This document shows, piece after piece, positions 27,794 through 41,200 of a DNA stretch of 64,000 bases. The stretch lies in assembly GCA_051362555.1 (NCBI GenBank), contig CM120648.1:1961721-2025720 (forward strand), in the 5' to 3' direction. Source of the DNA: Lingula anatina (Eukaryota > Animalia > Brachiopoda). The notes below the pieces were generated by a model. The model ran no database searches and had not been told where the DNA came from. It saw only the letters and a program-made list of their open reading frames with translations. Every line of letters starts with the position of its first letter. Position 1 is the first letter of the stretch. A program made the translations under genes and the position numbers.

Positions 27794-30230
27794 TGCAAAA
27801 GCAAGAAAAATGCTCTGACGGTATTCTAAAATTGAAATAATTGAACTTGAATTACACTATAAATCATTATATATGCTTGTATACATTTGGGGTTCTTGAT
27901 TTATAAATATATTGTCATGTTTCTATCAAATCGTCGGTAACTCGATAAAGTCATGGATAGACTGTTACCAAGAATTGGTGAGCAACTGACAAAAATCCAC
28001 TGTTCCTTCACTTATATATACAAGTCTGCGCTTGTAAAGAATTTCGCTTCAATATTTGATACTATCGAGTGTTATTTAAATATATTTGTTAGTTTCTTGC
28101 TTTAAAATCGTTATACAAAAACTAAATAAAATACTCACCAAAATTTCAATGTCTTGCTTGCTGCTGATCAACAAATTTGCAGGGGTGTCTATGACGTCAG
28201 TGTTTGGTAACGTTACGTCATCAACGCTGAATACTTGCGGAGTAACACTGCCCGTACTATTGTTGTATGGCTATTTGGCGCGACTAGGTTTATATGACGT
28301 CACAGAAGCATGATTGAAGAACAGTTTACATATAGACTTTTTTCTGAATCCTGTACATCATGGCAGCATTACGGCATGAAAAATCACGTCGAACAAATAA
28401 ACCAATCAATCAATAATTAATTTAATATTTTAAATATAAAAGTAAATGTGAAAGTTAATTTAGTCGCGCTTCTCGAATTTATAAAGTTTCAGTTCCTCAG
28501 GTACAGTAAGATGACCTGAAATGTCATTATTTTTTCTTCTTTTTCAATGGGAAACATCTCCTGGTCCTTATTCCTTTTTTATCCATCTGTTCATTTATTC
28601 GTCATCGAAACGAACGCACCGAATTTGGAAATATTTATACCTTTGGCAGATGTGTACACAAAAAAATCCCAAAGTCATAGGACTCATTCCTACTCACGTA
28701 GGTCGATTCAACTCCTCGGAGTCTTTATGAATACAATCAGATAAACATAATTAACACGTTTCTCCTTAGCGTTAAGTAGAATGCAAACAAAAAAGAAAAA
28801 AAAAGAAAGAAAGCTGGTGATTATACGTTGGAAACAAGAATAGGGGTGGTAATCTCCTAATTCCCTGCAGAGTTGGATCTATCTACGTAGAACCATAGTA
28901 TTATTGGGAATGAGCCCTATGATTTTGGGGATTTTTTTTAACGCGTACAATAAACAGTTAATTTCAAAACTTCTTTGCTCTACCACGTATGAAATCAAAT
29001 TGATATTTGATCGCTACTTTTATTTCAAAAGGAAGGTGTGCAAAAGTTTATTTACGTTTCCTCTTGTCAAATCAACAACCCAACTGTCAACTTTTCCAAT
29101 CAATACATTTTATTTCTCTGAATAACACCTGAGTAAACACAAAATGTAACTAAATTTAAACCCACGCAGATTGCAGTAAATAAAAGAATCAAATTACCAG
29201 CTGCAGAATGATAATTGGAAGATGTTAACATCTTTGTTCCAGACCTAGAAATAACAGGAAATACTATGGTGCGCCGATATCATCAGCAATTCAAAATGAG
29301 ATATGTGATGAATTATTTCATAAACTGAATAAAACATCTGGATATGTGTTTAAATCATAAAAGACTAATAACACCAATAGCACCAAGGCATAGAAAATGA
29401 AAAAAATTGATGAAACATTTTATCGGTCTGAATAAAATACCTAAAATTAAATATTTAAAATCACCAGATGTTATGTAAATGACTTTCATACATGTATTGA
29501 CATAATAAAGGAGACCCGGAAACCGTCAGATAGCTCATTAGAAAGTATTTTAATAACCATATTTTGATCAATGTATTTTACTTGACAGAAGGCATAGAGG
29601 TTAGGTTCTAATCCTCCGTCTTGTTATATGAGCAGTCCTCCAATTGATAACTCCAGTGTAAATACAGACTACAATGGAATACAAACTATGAACTTTTGTT
29701 CAACATAGATAAAAGAATCAAATTAGCAGTAATGCTGTAAATTCAAGATGTAAACAACTGTGTTATTTTCTCATCTTTTCTGCACTATTCATCCATAATA
29801 TTTGGGCAATCTCTAAAATAATGAACAAAATATTCAGTTAGTCTAAATAAAAACACAAAACCACCAAATTAGGTTTCTCTATTCTAAGGAGCTGCATAAT
29901 TCAAATAACATAGACATAAGATGACCATAAGACGTATGTTAAGATTTATCTTAAGGAAACTTTCAAATTCTACATTATATATATATATATATATATATTC
30001 CGTTTGGGGTATATGTGTAGAGAGAGCAAAATAACCACATAATAGTACTGATGGTCAAAACAAGGATAGTGGTGGTGCCAGAAGGTTCATGTCCATATTT
30101 CCCCCACACTATTCTCCTCTTTAAATACTTCCTATCTCAGATATAGAAAGAGACACATGAAGTAGAAAAAGAAGAAGAAGGAATTATAACAACCATCTGT
30201 TATTTTTTTCTGGAATGGTCAATTTTACAT

Positions 30231-31468
30231 TCACTTTTCGCAGATAAAATGAAGCGCCAGGTGACACTGATTGTCGTTCCATTGGAGTTTTTGAACAAAA
30301 AACATTTCCATGCAGTCTTCGTTATCCTTATTATTGGGTTCATTTGGAGCCCAGTTAAAATAGGAAACCCGTCTGTTGTCCTCCACCCAAACCCACGTGC
30401 CCTCTTTCGCCCCATCGTTACCACCAATCCACCAAGAAAAGTCAACTAGAAAATATGGCGTAAGATTTGTTATTTTAATGAAAAGGTTAAATTCCTTTTC
30501 TCTAAAATAGCAATGCAATTAGACATTTCTTAAACAATAAATTGAAACAACAAATGCATAGATACAAAATGTGCCTACATTGTAAATTATTTTTCACGTA
30601 GGAGACAACCATATTGTTCTCACTCTGGGAAGATATTGATGCCAAATTTGAAGATTTGTTTCGGCAATAGGCTTGTGCATCTGACCACGATTTCTTCACA
30701 TAGGAGAAGAGGTAGCATCGGTCACCAAGCAGGACAAACGGGGACTGACATCCTACAGATGCAATATTAAACACAAATGGACATTATGTCTTGTTGAACC
30801 TCTTCTTTACACAGCTGATATTGTAAAAACTGGTTTCATTTAACACATTACAAAAATTGGAGACTTTCGATCTATTATCAAATGATTTGAACAACAGTAA
30901 CATACGTGTCAAATGATTAATTTTCAGCTGCATTTGTTGCATATTTCGAATTAATATCCCCAGCTCTATTGCCATTATCTCCAGGGTGCTTTTGATGTTA
31001 TCAGAACGTTTAGGCTTATCATTAAGGGGGCTAACGCCTCGCCTCTCCAAAGAAAAGACCTGAAAAAACAAACAAACAAATAAACAAACAAACAAACGTA
31101 CGAGCTATGTGTAGATTGTTTAAAGTTGAAAACTTGAATGGAGATACACGAAATACTTTTTTGTATAAACTGCGACGTGATATATGATAAATACGCATAA
31201 TGAATAATGGTGCTGAGAACATATATTTAAATGAAATACCTTGCCACTAAAACGTTCTCAGATATAGGCCTACCATGCACCCAGGTATCCAGTGTGCATT
31301 ATATACATATAGATTGTTCAGTTATTAAATAAAACCTTCAACAAAACACTCAAACACGGGCATAAATACCTTTTCATTAGTAGAGGTGCCATTCCCATGG
31401 GCTTCGTGTTGAAACGCCAAGAAAGCCACAAAAAGTCCAAAGCAGAGGACAGAACTTTGCACTGGCAT
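30231..31468 (-). CDS. CTL1: secreted perlucin-like C-type lectin; signal peptide + coiled-coil neck + CRD (EPN...WND), 4 exons
   Basis: Exons 31370-31468, 30906-31059, 30579-30752 and 30231-30445 are phase-consistent. Motifs CYLFS, SWSDAQAYC, WIGG, W.W, EPN, EDC, WND, FICEK. Confidence 0.9.
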
Positions 31469-32940
31469 TATGATAGAGTATGAGATGAGGACCTGTGTGA
31501 ACTGGGTGTATTAACGTCCAACCGACTGCTGTGAATATGATTGAATTCAAGGGTTGAATAAACCGCACTCCGCTTTATGATTTATAATTCTATCCCGTTG
31601 GCTTTTGTTTGTTATCTATAAAATGGCTCCGATTTCTGTCTTCATAAGAATATGACGGTCTTGCGGAGAATCGGGTGCTGGATGGTTTCATCAACGCATC
31701 AGTTTTTTACAGTGTTAAATCTGTGTTTAATTGGAATGAATTGTACATAAACAACTACATAGTCGCATTGGATATAAATGAGTCATCCAGACCTGTATTA
31801 CTATACGTGTAAACAATGTTTTTAAACATGTTGCTGGTCTTACAGATTAGTTGATGACGTTGCGTATACACGACACGTAGTCTAAAATATCAAACATTAT
31901 AACATCAGTGGTGCCAATTTTATGATTGTTCTATTTTCAGATAAATGAAGTACATTTAGTCGACTTTTTAAAAGATATGATTTACGGTTGTGTTGTGTTT
32001 ATTTATCTATTATGAGAGAAACCTTTTTTACACCCCGTCACACTTATTTCGAATCAGCACTTTTGAAACTATAAAGTATTTGTGAATATACTTGATTTAG
32101 GAACTGCGAGATGTCGTAGAAATTTAATACTGTAACATGTGGGAAATATTAAGTTATCCCTCTTGAAAGAAATCAATTATATGGACAGCACGAGAAGCAA
32201 AAATTGTAAGATTCATGTACTTCCTTAAAGAATTCTACTGTTACATTGTGCTCATTAAAACGTAGGTATTGTAAAAGACCCCCCTCCCCGCCAAAATGAA
32301 ACCATTCATTGAAGAACTAACAAATTAAAGTGATAACCAATGCAGTGCAACAATGCATAGCAATTTGTTACTTTGTAGTTTTAAGAAGTCTGATTACAAA
32401 TTCACAGAGAGAACGAACAGGTGCAACAGAAGAATGCATTATAATCACTGTAATTGCTTATAATTTCAGGGGGTAATGCGATACCTTTTAGTAGGCAATC
32501 AGGAAATAAAAGGGAAATCACCCAAACCAAGAGATGTTTCAAATATGCCAAAAAGCCAAAAAGAATTCACCAGTTTTTCTTCTTTTCCAATGGCTATCAT
32601 TAATAAATGTCCCTATTTCCCTTATTTGATGCCTTTCTTCAATTTCAGAGCTATTTTATTTCGTTGGCACACATTCTTAATATATTATCTTGAACTGAAC
32701 ATAAATATGTTACTGTGCCATTTATTTTTCTCGTATCATCAAGGCAACAACTAACGTTGTGGTAGATTTTATTTGCCTGAACAACTCAATTATAGTAAAC
32801 ACCAGCTATGCCGACACTTTCTGCAAAAAATTATCCGGCGCCAATAAATACATTAAGAAACCAATCAGATAATTGTTATTGAAGATTCATCACTGCAAAT
32901 CATGGTTCAGTTCTTATGTCTCGTATAAGCAGTCCCTTTG

Positions 32941-35593
32941 CTACTTTTCACATATGAAATTCATTGCAATGCTGCATGAATTGTCATTCCATTTGTGATT
33001 CAAATCATAATACATATGTAAGCAGTCTTCTCCTCCATTGTAGTTGTCAGGTTGAGTGGGTATCCAGTTGGTATACCACATAACTTTGTTGGTATCCACC
33101 CACACCCACCTGCCCTCCTGTGCCATGTCATTGCCACCCAGCCACCAGTTGAAGTTGGCTGAAAGAAGAAAAAACTAATTTAAGGGGTTCCATCATTGCA
33201 ACATATGACCTTTCCCCAATACACTTTGCAAAGCAATAGTTAGTTGTACTATTAGATTCAGATTCCATTATTGTTCACAATCACTCTTTTTATTATATCT
33301 ACATATTTGCTTCAAGTTATACAGTTTTAAAGAGCTGAAACAGATACCGGTTACTGGTGGTTCAGTCGATGTCCAGAAATCAAGCTAACGGTTAAATAGA
33401 TGAATAGGTGTATAATTTGATAAATAAATAAATGGGCGAATGAAAAAATATACGATTGCGATAAACGTTGCTTGTGGAACGTAGGCCTAGGCCGTTGATT
33501 TTCTTTGATAATTATTGGTCCTCATTATATCCTGCAAGCAATTTCCAAATTTCTGACGGTCTGACAACCACGTAAGAAAACATACCTACCAGGAAAATAA
33601 TTTCGTACGTAGGAGACAATAATGTCATTTTCACGCCGGGAAGATACTGTTGCCAAATGTGAAGATTTGCTCCTGCAGTAGGCTTGTGCATATGACCAAG
33701 ATTTCTTCATGTAGGAGAACAGGTAGCAGCGACCTCCCAACAGTGCAAACGGAGCATGACATCCTAAAGAAATTCAACGCAAAGTGACATTTTTTCCCGA
33801 TAAGACAACATCTTAATACAGGCAATTGGACAAAGCTTAACAAGTTAATTTAATTAAAGAGTCAACTTACTTAACCTACTAGTACATGCTTAACATTGTA
33901 TGATATTACAAAAGTTAAATGCAACTTCATATGGTAACGCGTTAAATGCATTTTACGTAGTTTACGAATTACACACACTGGACAAAAGAAGTGTCACCCC
34001 CTAACTCAGAGTAATAAAAGTAGGCAGACCTTGGGTACTTATAATGCCTGGTCTACTTATAATGTGACTAATGAGTATAAAACCGCTACACCATGGAATT
34101 GTATTGTTGGTCTTGTACATGTACAGCAAATGTTATTACTGTCTTCCTCCAATATGGCAAGATACAGGCTATTATCTAACGGTTATAGGTGCAAGTTATT
34201 AACCCGAAGAGGCGGAATATAAACAATGTCAGAATATCGATACAATCGAACTGTTCAGTCAGAACCGTGCAGAGGGTCTGGTCTCGGTATAGAAACACTG
34301 GATCAAGAGACAAATTGCCTCTGATGAGTCGTCCAAGAAAAAATACTGGCCGTGAAGACCGACGACTGATTTTGATGTCCAGGTTGTCAAAGTTCGACAC
34401 TGCTTGTCAGTTGACAAAACACTGGAACAATTTCACACATAAGAATGTGTCTGTGAAAATTGCTAGGCGTCGGTTACATGCTCAGAGAGTGTACAGCAGG
34501 GTAGCAAGACTGAAACCTCTTATATTGTTACAAAACAGGCAACGTAGAGTAAACTAGGGTCAACAGGATCTGGAACTGGACAGTTCATGACAATTGGTCC
34601 TATATATTTTCTCTGATGAGTGTCGCTTTGGTCCGACCTCTGATGACAGACGGGTACTATGCTGGCAAATTGCTGGTAAAGCATTTGAACCACATGCACT
34701 AAATTTTCGAACCCGGAGCAGCATATTCATCACGGTGTGGGGCTGCATCAGCATCCATGGCTTGGGCGAATTGATAGTGGTTAATGGAAACATGAATCAC
34801 TAGAAATATATCGATGTTTTGGAGTCAGGCTTGCTCCCATCTATTACTAACATGTTTGGTGACAGGAATTATCCATTTGTTCACCAGGATGACAATGCTC
34901 CTTGTCACAGGCCCAGAGCAGCTGATGATTGGTTTGACCAACAGGACATTCGCAGGGTGATGTGGCCTGCCCAGAGTCCAGATGCAAACATAATAGAAAA
35001 TGTGTGGAATGATATGTCAAAACTTTTTACAAATGCCCGTCTAACCAGCAGAGAAACTCTGTTATATTCAGTGTTTCATGCTTGGGCCAGCATAAGCCCT
35101 GAACGCATTAGACAATTATATGAAACCTTCCTTCGTAGACTGGCACCTATTATTAGGTCACGTGGCTATGCCACTAAGTATAATTTTGGACTTGAAACTG
35201 CATATTTTGGTAGAATGTATATTTTGCTCTCATTTTGTGATTTTTTGTGAAATTTGATGTTAATAAAATGATACCAGCAGCATATCATTCCACAGTCATT
35301 TATCTCCACCATAGTATTGGTTCAGTAGGGGTGACACTTCTTTTGTCCAGTGTGTGTATTTGATTGCTCAGCTTTGATATGTAATTACAATTGTCAATTG
35401 ATTTATTTTCTGCAACATTTGCTGCAAACCCCAGTCAACTCTCTCCAGTCTCTTCGCAAGCTTACATTGTCTCAAGTGCATTACGGAGATAAGATTGCTC
35501 ACCTGCGGTGGTTCTGTGTCCAAAAATGCCACGTTGCAGCACGAAGAAGACCACAAATAATGCAAAACAGAGGACAGACCTTGTCACTGCCAT
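32941..35593 (-). CDS. CTL2: neckless secreted C-type lectin (QPD...WND), 3 exons, Tc1 element in intron 1
   Basis: Exons 35503-35593 (signal peptide), 33590-33763 and 32941-33158; all junctions phase 1. Confidence 0.87.
33972..35356 (+). mobile_element. Tc1/mariner DNA transposon (DD34E), full length with disrupted transposase, copy A
   Basis: 29-bp terminal inverted repeats CACACACTGGACAAAAGAAGTGTCACCCC, flanked by TA on both sides. Transposase fragments: SVRTVQR, RPRK, FSDE, VWGCIS, QDDNAPCH, WPAQSPDANIIENVW (34 residues between D and E), GYATKY. Several stops and frameshifts. Confidence 0.96.
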
Positions 35594-35639
35594 AATTACC
35601 TGGAGTGAGGAGTGGATCTAGCCGCCACTATTTACTTCC

Positions 35640-35780
35640 AAGCCAGAGTTGTGAATGCGAGTGAATAAGACGCACTCCGCTTTATAATTTAAAACAATAA
35701 CATCGCGCTAGGTGATGCTTGTATCTGATTTCTTTTTCATAATAAATGTCACGGTCTCATGTTGAATCGCTAGGTGGATG
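35640..35780 (-). promoter_or_regulatory. Conserved lectin upstream block with TATA-like element (representative copy)
   Basis: On the - strand TATAAAGCGGAGTGCGTCTTATTCACTCGCATTC lies ~90 bp upstream of the CTL2 ATG. The block recurs upstream of all seven lectins, most copies also carrying AGATAACAA (GATA-like). Confidence 0.5.
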
Positions 35781-37869
35781 TTTTTCTTCATACGGTATAC
35801 GCCTTATATTAAAACTTAATAATGCTTAATCCTGTTTGTTTTGTTTTTAATTGAAAAGTCATGAAAAAAAAACGATGCCGTAATTGATAGAGAAAATAAG
35901 AAATAACCAAATAAAACGGACCGTCGGAGACAGATTGTTTTATTAAAAGAATATTTATTTAGAGTCTAAAATCGATAAAAGATCTGTTTTGTAGACTTAA
36001 CAATTAAATGGGTAGAATGATGATGCATTCATATGCGCAACTCCCATCGCTGCATGGTTTTGGACTCTAAAAAAATATATTATTAAGTTTTAATTAATAT
36101 TTTTTTAAATTAAAATCGGATCTCTTACAAACATCTATAGCGCTGAATATATATTTCGGTAGAGAAAGTTTTATCAAAATAAAAACCGGTTGCAGAAACT
36201 GGTTTATGTCGATGTTGTATAGTTGTCGAAATGTCTTTCCTTTCACGAGGTGGTCTTCTTTCCCTTTTGGCAATTTTAAAGCTTTACATAGATTGAATTT
36301 ATTTATTATCATTTTTTTTTTTGGGGGGGGGGGGGGATTGGCTGGATCGCTTCGTGTGTTCATTTACTTTTCAGAACCACCTCACTTTGTTTATTGTAAT
36401 ATTAAATGGCACATCAATATCATATATGTATTATCTTGAACTGTGAGGAGAAATGCTTCTCTTTATCTCGTTAAGTCAACAACTCAACTATTTTAACTAT
36501 TTGCGGTAGCTTTTTATTTGTCTGAATAACTCACGTGTAAACAAGAGCTATTGTATAATTGTATCGGCAAATTTAATTATTATATAGAAGAATTAAGCTA
36601 GCAGCGACTGTCACCAAGTTTTGAGGACCAATCACTTTTGAGAGAAAGCATGTTAATAATTCCTGTGTATATGCGAAACAGGGCAGGATAATAATTTGAT
36701 TATTTCAAAAAACTATTGAACACCACAATTCCAGAAATATGTAGAACAAATAATCAAAATGTTCATATAATCTGAATAAAATACCTGAAACACCACCAAA
36801 TTAGTTTCCTAATTAATGATTTGATGCTCCAAATAAAATAGATATTTGAACATCGAAAGACGAACCCTGCACATACGCCTAATCCTCTATAATTATATAT
36901 TTCAGCTTAGATTTAATGCAGCATAAGTTATAACAGAAAAAGCACCATGCATCCTAACTATTAACTGAATGTGTGGGCTTTTCTTTTTCTGAATGACTCA
37001 CGTGTATTCTATACGGAACTGATGAATAAAAAATGCAGGATATTTGCAATCGAATTTTGGTAACTGAATATAATTTGACAGAAATCAAATGAAGGCTCTG
37101 TTCTTATGGTTCAGCTTCTTATACACCTGTATCACTAGCTCTACTATAATTAACTCCTGTGCAAACACAAAATACCATGAAATATATCTTGCATTTTTTT
37201 CCAACATAGATAAATAAAAAAATAAGCGCACCACTGTTGTTGAAAAAAGTAAATAACTATATAATCAAAATAAAGAGAGGAAGCATTACTTGCCTAAAAT
37301 TTAAAGTACAATTCACCCATACAAAAAACAAAACCAAAAAAAAAAAAAAAATTAAAAAAAAATAAAAACGAGAAATGAAATAAGATATAAAAAGTTTTAA
37401 AAGTCTCAAAATAATAATAAAGGAAACAATCTAATGATCTTGTACAGTATATATGGACTATACGTTTCAAACATTAACGAGATTAGAATTTAGACAGATG
37501 CACCCTAAAATCTAGAAAACCTCCAGTTATCCGTTTAAACAAATTTCACCATGGGTAGGGGGCCTATAATGCTAGTATGATAATGATAAGAAAAAAAATT
37601 AAGTGGGCCTAACGACCAATTACAGACCAATATCACGAAGTTGGGTTTCTGTAGAAGGCTATTCATACAAACTTAGCATTCTTTGATTATTATGAGTCTG
37701 TGATGTTAAGTGTAACATTGCCAAGAAGATCCTTGATCATCTCTCCGTAAAAAGTCTAATTTTATTCTTAAAATAAATAAATAAATAAATAAATTAATAA
37801 ATAAATAGACACTTAGTTTATGAGAACCATCATGAATTTCCAGTTTGTTCAAAGATTCAGCTGTTTTCA

Positions 37870-38973
37870 TTACTGTTCACAAATGAAATTCTTTGCAAAA
37901 CCACACCATTCATCATTCCATCTGTGTGCGTAATTCTGCCACAAATGCAAGCAGTCTTCCCTTCCACCGGAGTCATCAGGTTGTCTTGGATACCAGTTAG
38001 TATACGTCTTAACGCTTTTAGTGCCCACCCACACCCACCTGCCCTCCTGTGCCATGTCATTAACACCCACCCACCAACTGAAACTGACTGAAAGAAGAGA
38101 AAAGGAAAATTTTATTTTGTTGATTATACCAACTTGCAAACAATTCTCAAAACCAAGTTTTAACATCAAAATTAATCACTGCCTGGGCATATTGACGAGA
38201 ACAGTATTATATAAGGCAGTAACGTCTGAAAATTATACCTACCAGGAAATTTACTCCGTACGTACGAGACAATCATATTGTTCTCATGCTGGGATGTTAT
38301 TGTTGCCAAATTGGCATATTTGCTCCTGCAGTAGGCTTGTGCATCTGACCACGATTTAGTAAAATTGGAGAAGAGGTAGCATCCGTGATCAAGCCTGACA
38401 AATGGAGCCTGACATCCCTAAAAAGTTCAAAGCAAATGTTTTCTCCTTTAAACCCATCTTAATACAAATAACGTAGTATTAATACAGGACGTACATGTAG
38501 CTAGTTTTGCTTTACTTGGTAGATGACCAAACAGTGTACATTTTTAAAAATTATCTAGGTCAAGTTAAAAGCAACTTAATCAGAAATTAAATAAATCTTA
38601 AGCCATGTGAAAAACATTTTTGTATCACGGTAAATGCATTTCACAAAACCTCATCAATGATTTGAATGTGAACCTTTGACTAACAATTAAACACCATGAA
38701 TATAAGAAACATACCTGTACTTCTCAATTCATTCATTCTCTGCTGCACTTGTTGCAAACCCTGTTTGACTGTCTCTAGCTTGCTGTCCATCTTCTCAAGT
38801 TTGTCGCCAACCTTCTCCAACTTGAGTTCCATGGACCCCAGCTTCAATTTTACAATATCAAGGGTGTTTTGGAGAATATCAGTCGAGGTGGTCCCGTGTC
38901 CAAAAACGCCACGCTGCAGGTCGAAGAAGACTAAAATTAATCCAAAACCGAGGACAGACCTTGTCACTGCCAT
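37870..38973 (-). CDS. CTL3: necked C-type lectin (QPD...WND); exon-2 acceptor shifted by 1 nt, possible pseudogene
   Basis: Exons 38715-38973 (signal + heptad neck), 38243-38417 and 37870-38087. Exon 2 is 175 nt versus 174 nt in the six paralogues. Confidence 0.75.
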
Positions 38974-41200
38974 TATGGTAGGGTATAAGGCGTAGACCTG
39001 TGTGAACTGGATGTATTCACTTCTAAGCTACAGCTGGGAATGCGAGTGAATCACACGCACTCCGCTCATTCATTTTCAATTGCTTTATGCTAGTTGATGT
39101 TTGTTATCTATAAAGGGTGTCTGATTTCTTTTCATAAAAATGATTCAGTCTCATGTTGAATCGTGATGTGGATGTTCTTCATGCAGTATACACCTCAAAT
39201 TTCAACTTTATAAAGCTTAATTCTGTTTGTTTTTAATTGAAAAGTCCTCAAAAACAATCAACTCCTATTGAATAGAGAAAATAAGAGGTTATAAAAAAAA
39301 CAGACAGTCGAGGACATACTGCTTTAGTTATTACATATTGTTTTTTCAGATATCTGATTATAATTTTACAGAAAATAAACCTTCATGAAGCGATGATAGT
39401 GGAGTATATGAATGCACAGTCATTTTAACCATTGCATCAAAAGACGAATTTTGTCACAGAAACAGTCACAAAAAAGAAAATATGTCACAGAAACGTGTTT
39501 TATAGCCATATTTCATACTTGTCAAATTGTTTTTCATTTTAGAAATTTGTCTTTTTTTTTTTGCAATCTTCGAAATGTTATCTTGGCCTATACATAGAAA
39601 TACCTATGTTCTAACGTTTTATCTCATTATGTCTGCAACGCAACAACTAATCGTGGCAAAAGCTTTTATTTCTCTGAATACCGCGTAAACATAAAAAGAC
39701 AGATTAAAGCTACTGTAATTTTATCTGACATCGGTAAATAAAAGATTCAAATTAGCAATTTTGATCACTCATTTCATTTGAAAGAAAGCGTCGTTCTACG
39801 CTTATGTTTCATCTGGTTATATCAACAGTCTTTCAATTAATAACTCCTATGTAAATATGAAATAAGTTCAGATAAAGCGTATGGAATTTTATACTACACA
39901 GATAACTATAGAATCAAATTACATGTATCACCGATATTTTTGAGCGGAAGAAGTGAACAGCTGTGTTATTGACTTAAAGAATCCCAAGATTATTACCTTA
40001 AAAAATGACACTAAATAAAATAACAGCCAAATTACCCCAGAAATCTATATTGAAACTGAATAAAACACACATATACATGTATTCTGAATAAAATACCCAA
40101 AATAAGACTAAATTACAGACTTGACATATAATTGATTTTTGTTTTTCAACATCATTTTTCTTCGATTTTTTCCCATTTTTCTGACTAATAAATAAAAACA
40201 ACCTAACAAACGAGTTATCCATGCAAAAAAGCTTCCACACCAAGTTACTTGATGCATCGTCATTGTCATGAACCAGAGTCCCCTTTTTTTCTAATCGTCT
40301 GCCGAAAGAAATTGTTTTTCCCCCTGCAGTTGTAAAACTGGTTTCTCAGGATGCTTCAAAACTGTGAAAATGCTTAAATGATCACTTTTTTTGTTTTGTC
40401 TCTTTTCCATTGGCAAGTTTCAATATATTTACTTTTTTCCTTTTTTATGTTTGGAAGATGACTTTTTGACTTTTTAATCACATTTGTTGATTTTCAGTGG
40501 TACACATTCATATTATCTTGAATTGAAAGTAAATTAGTTTCTGTGCCACCGACTTTATCTTGTTGAATCATTAAAACAACAATTGGCTTTATGTGGTAGC
40601 TTCAACTTGCCCGAATAACTCACGTGTAAACACAAGTCGTGAGGAAAATCTCTGCAAAGATTCAATAAATACAAATATGAAACCAATAAGAGAATTGTAA
40701 TTGAACTTCTATCACTGCAAAGCATGGTTGTTTTCTTTTGTCTCGTTTAGTTCTTTTAGCAGTTTCTCTATGAACTACTCCTGTATAGGTACACAATACG
40801 TTGAAACAAAACTTATGAAATCTTATCTGACACTGAAAAATTAAAGAATCAAATTAGCAACAGCACTATTTCTAAATGATGTTAACAACTATATAATTGA
40901 ATAAAAGACATGAAATATTTTTCTTGAATACACAAAATAGCATTCACTCATGCAGCCAGTACTAACACAACGAGAAATTACAGAAAATATCAAATAAGTC
41001 CAAATAATAATTATAATAATAAAGGAAACAATCAGATGACATTTTGCAGTAAGGAGAAGCTTATATATTGGATGTGCTAGACGACAATGCAACCAGGTGT
41101 ACCCCAATAAAACCTCCAGTTATCTGTTTAATGATACATTTCAATTTTACGAAATCGATATCTTCAACAATTTGGTAGTTCAGGGAAATGACCACCTTTG

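Noticed and set aside
28139-28270. Upstream exon as a coding part of the orphan gene
   Set aside because: Its open frame ends in phase 0, but the next acceptor (~27826) needs phase 1, and that frame has a stop; treated as probable 5' UTR.
34153-35250. Active or domesticated transposase
   Set aside because: Multiple stops and frameshifts in both copies; no splice sites found that restore the frame.
38696-38995. + strand ORFs opposite lectin exons (also 45242-45625, 41198-41419, 52420-52684)
   Set aside because: Antisense shadows of lectin coding exons.
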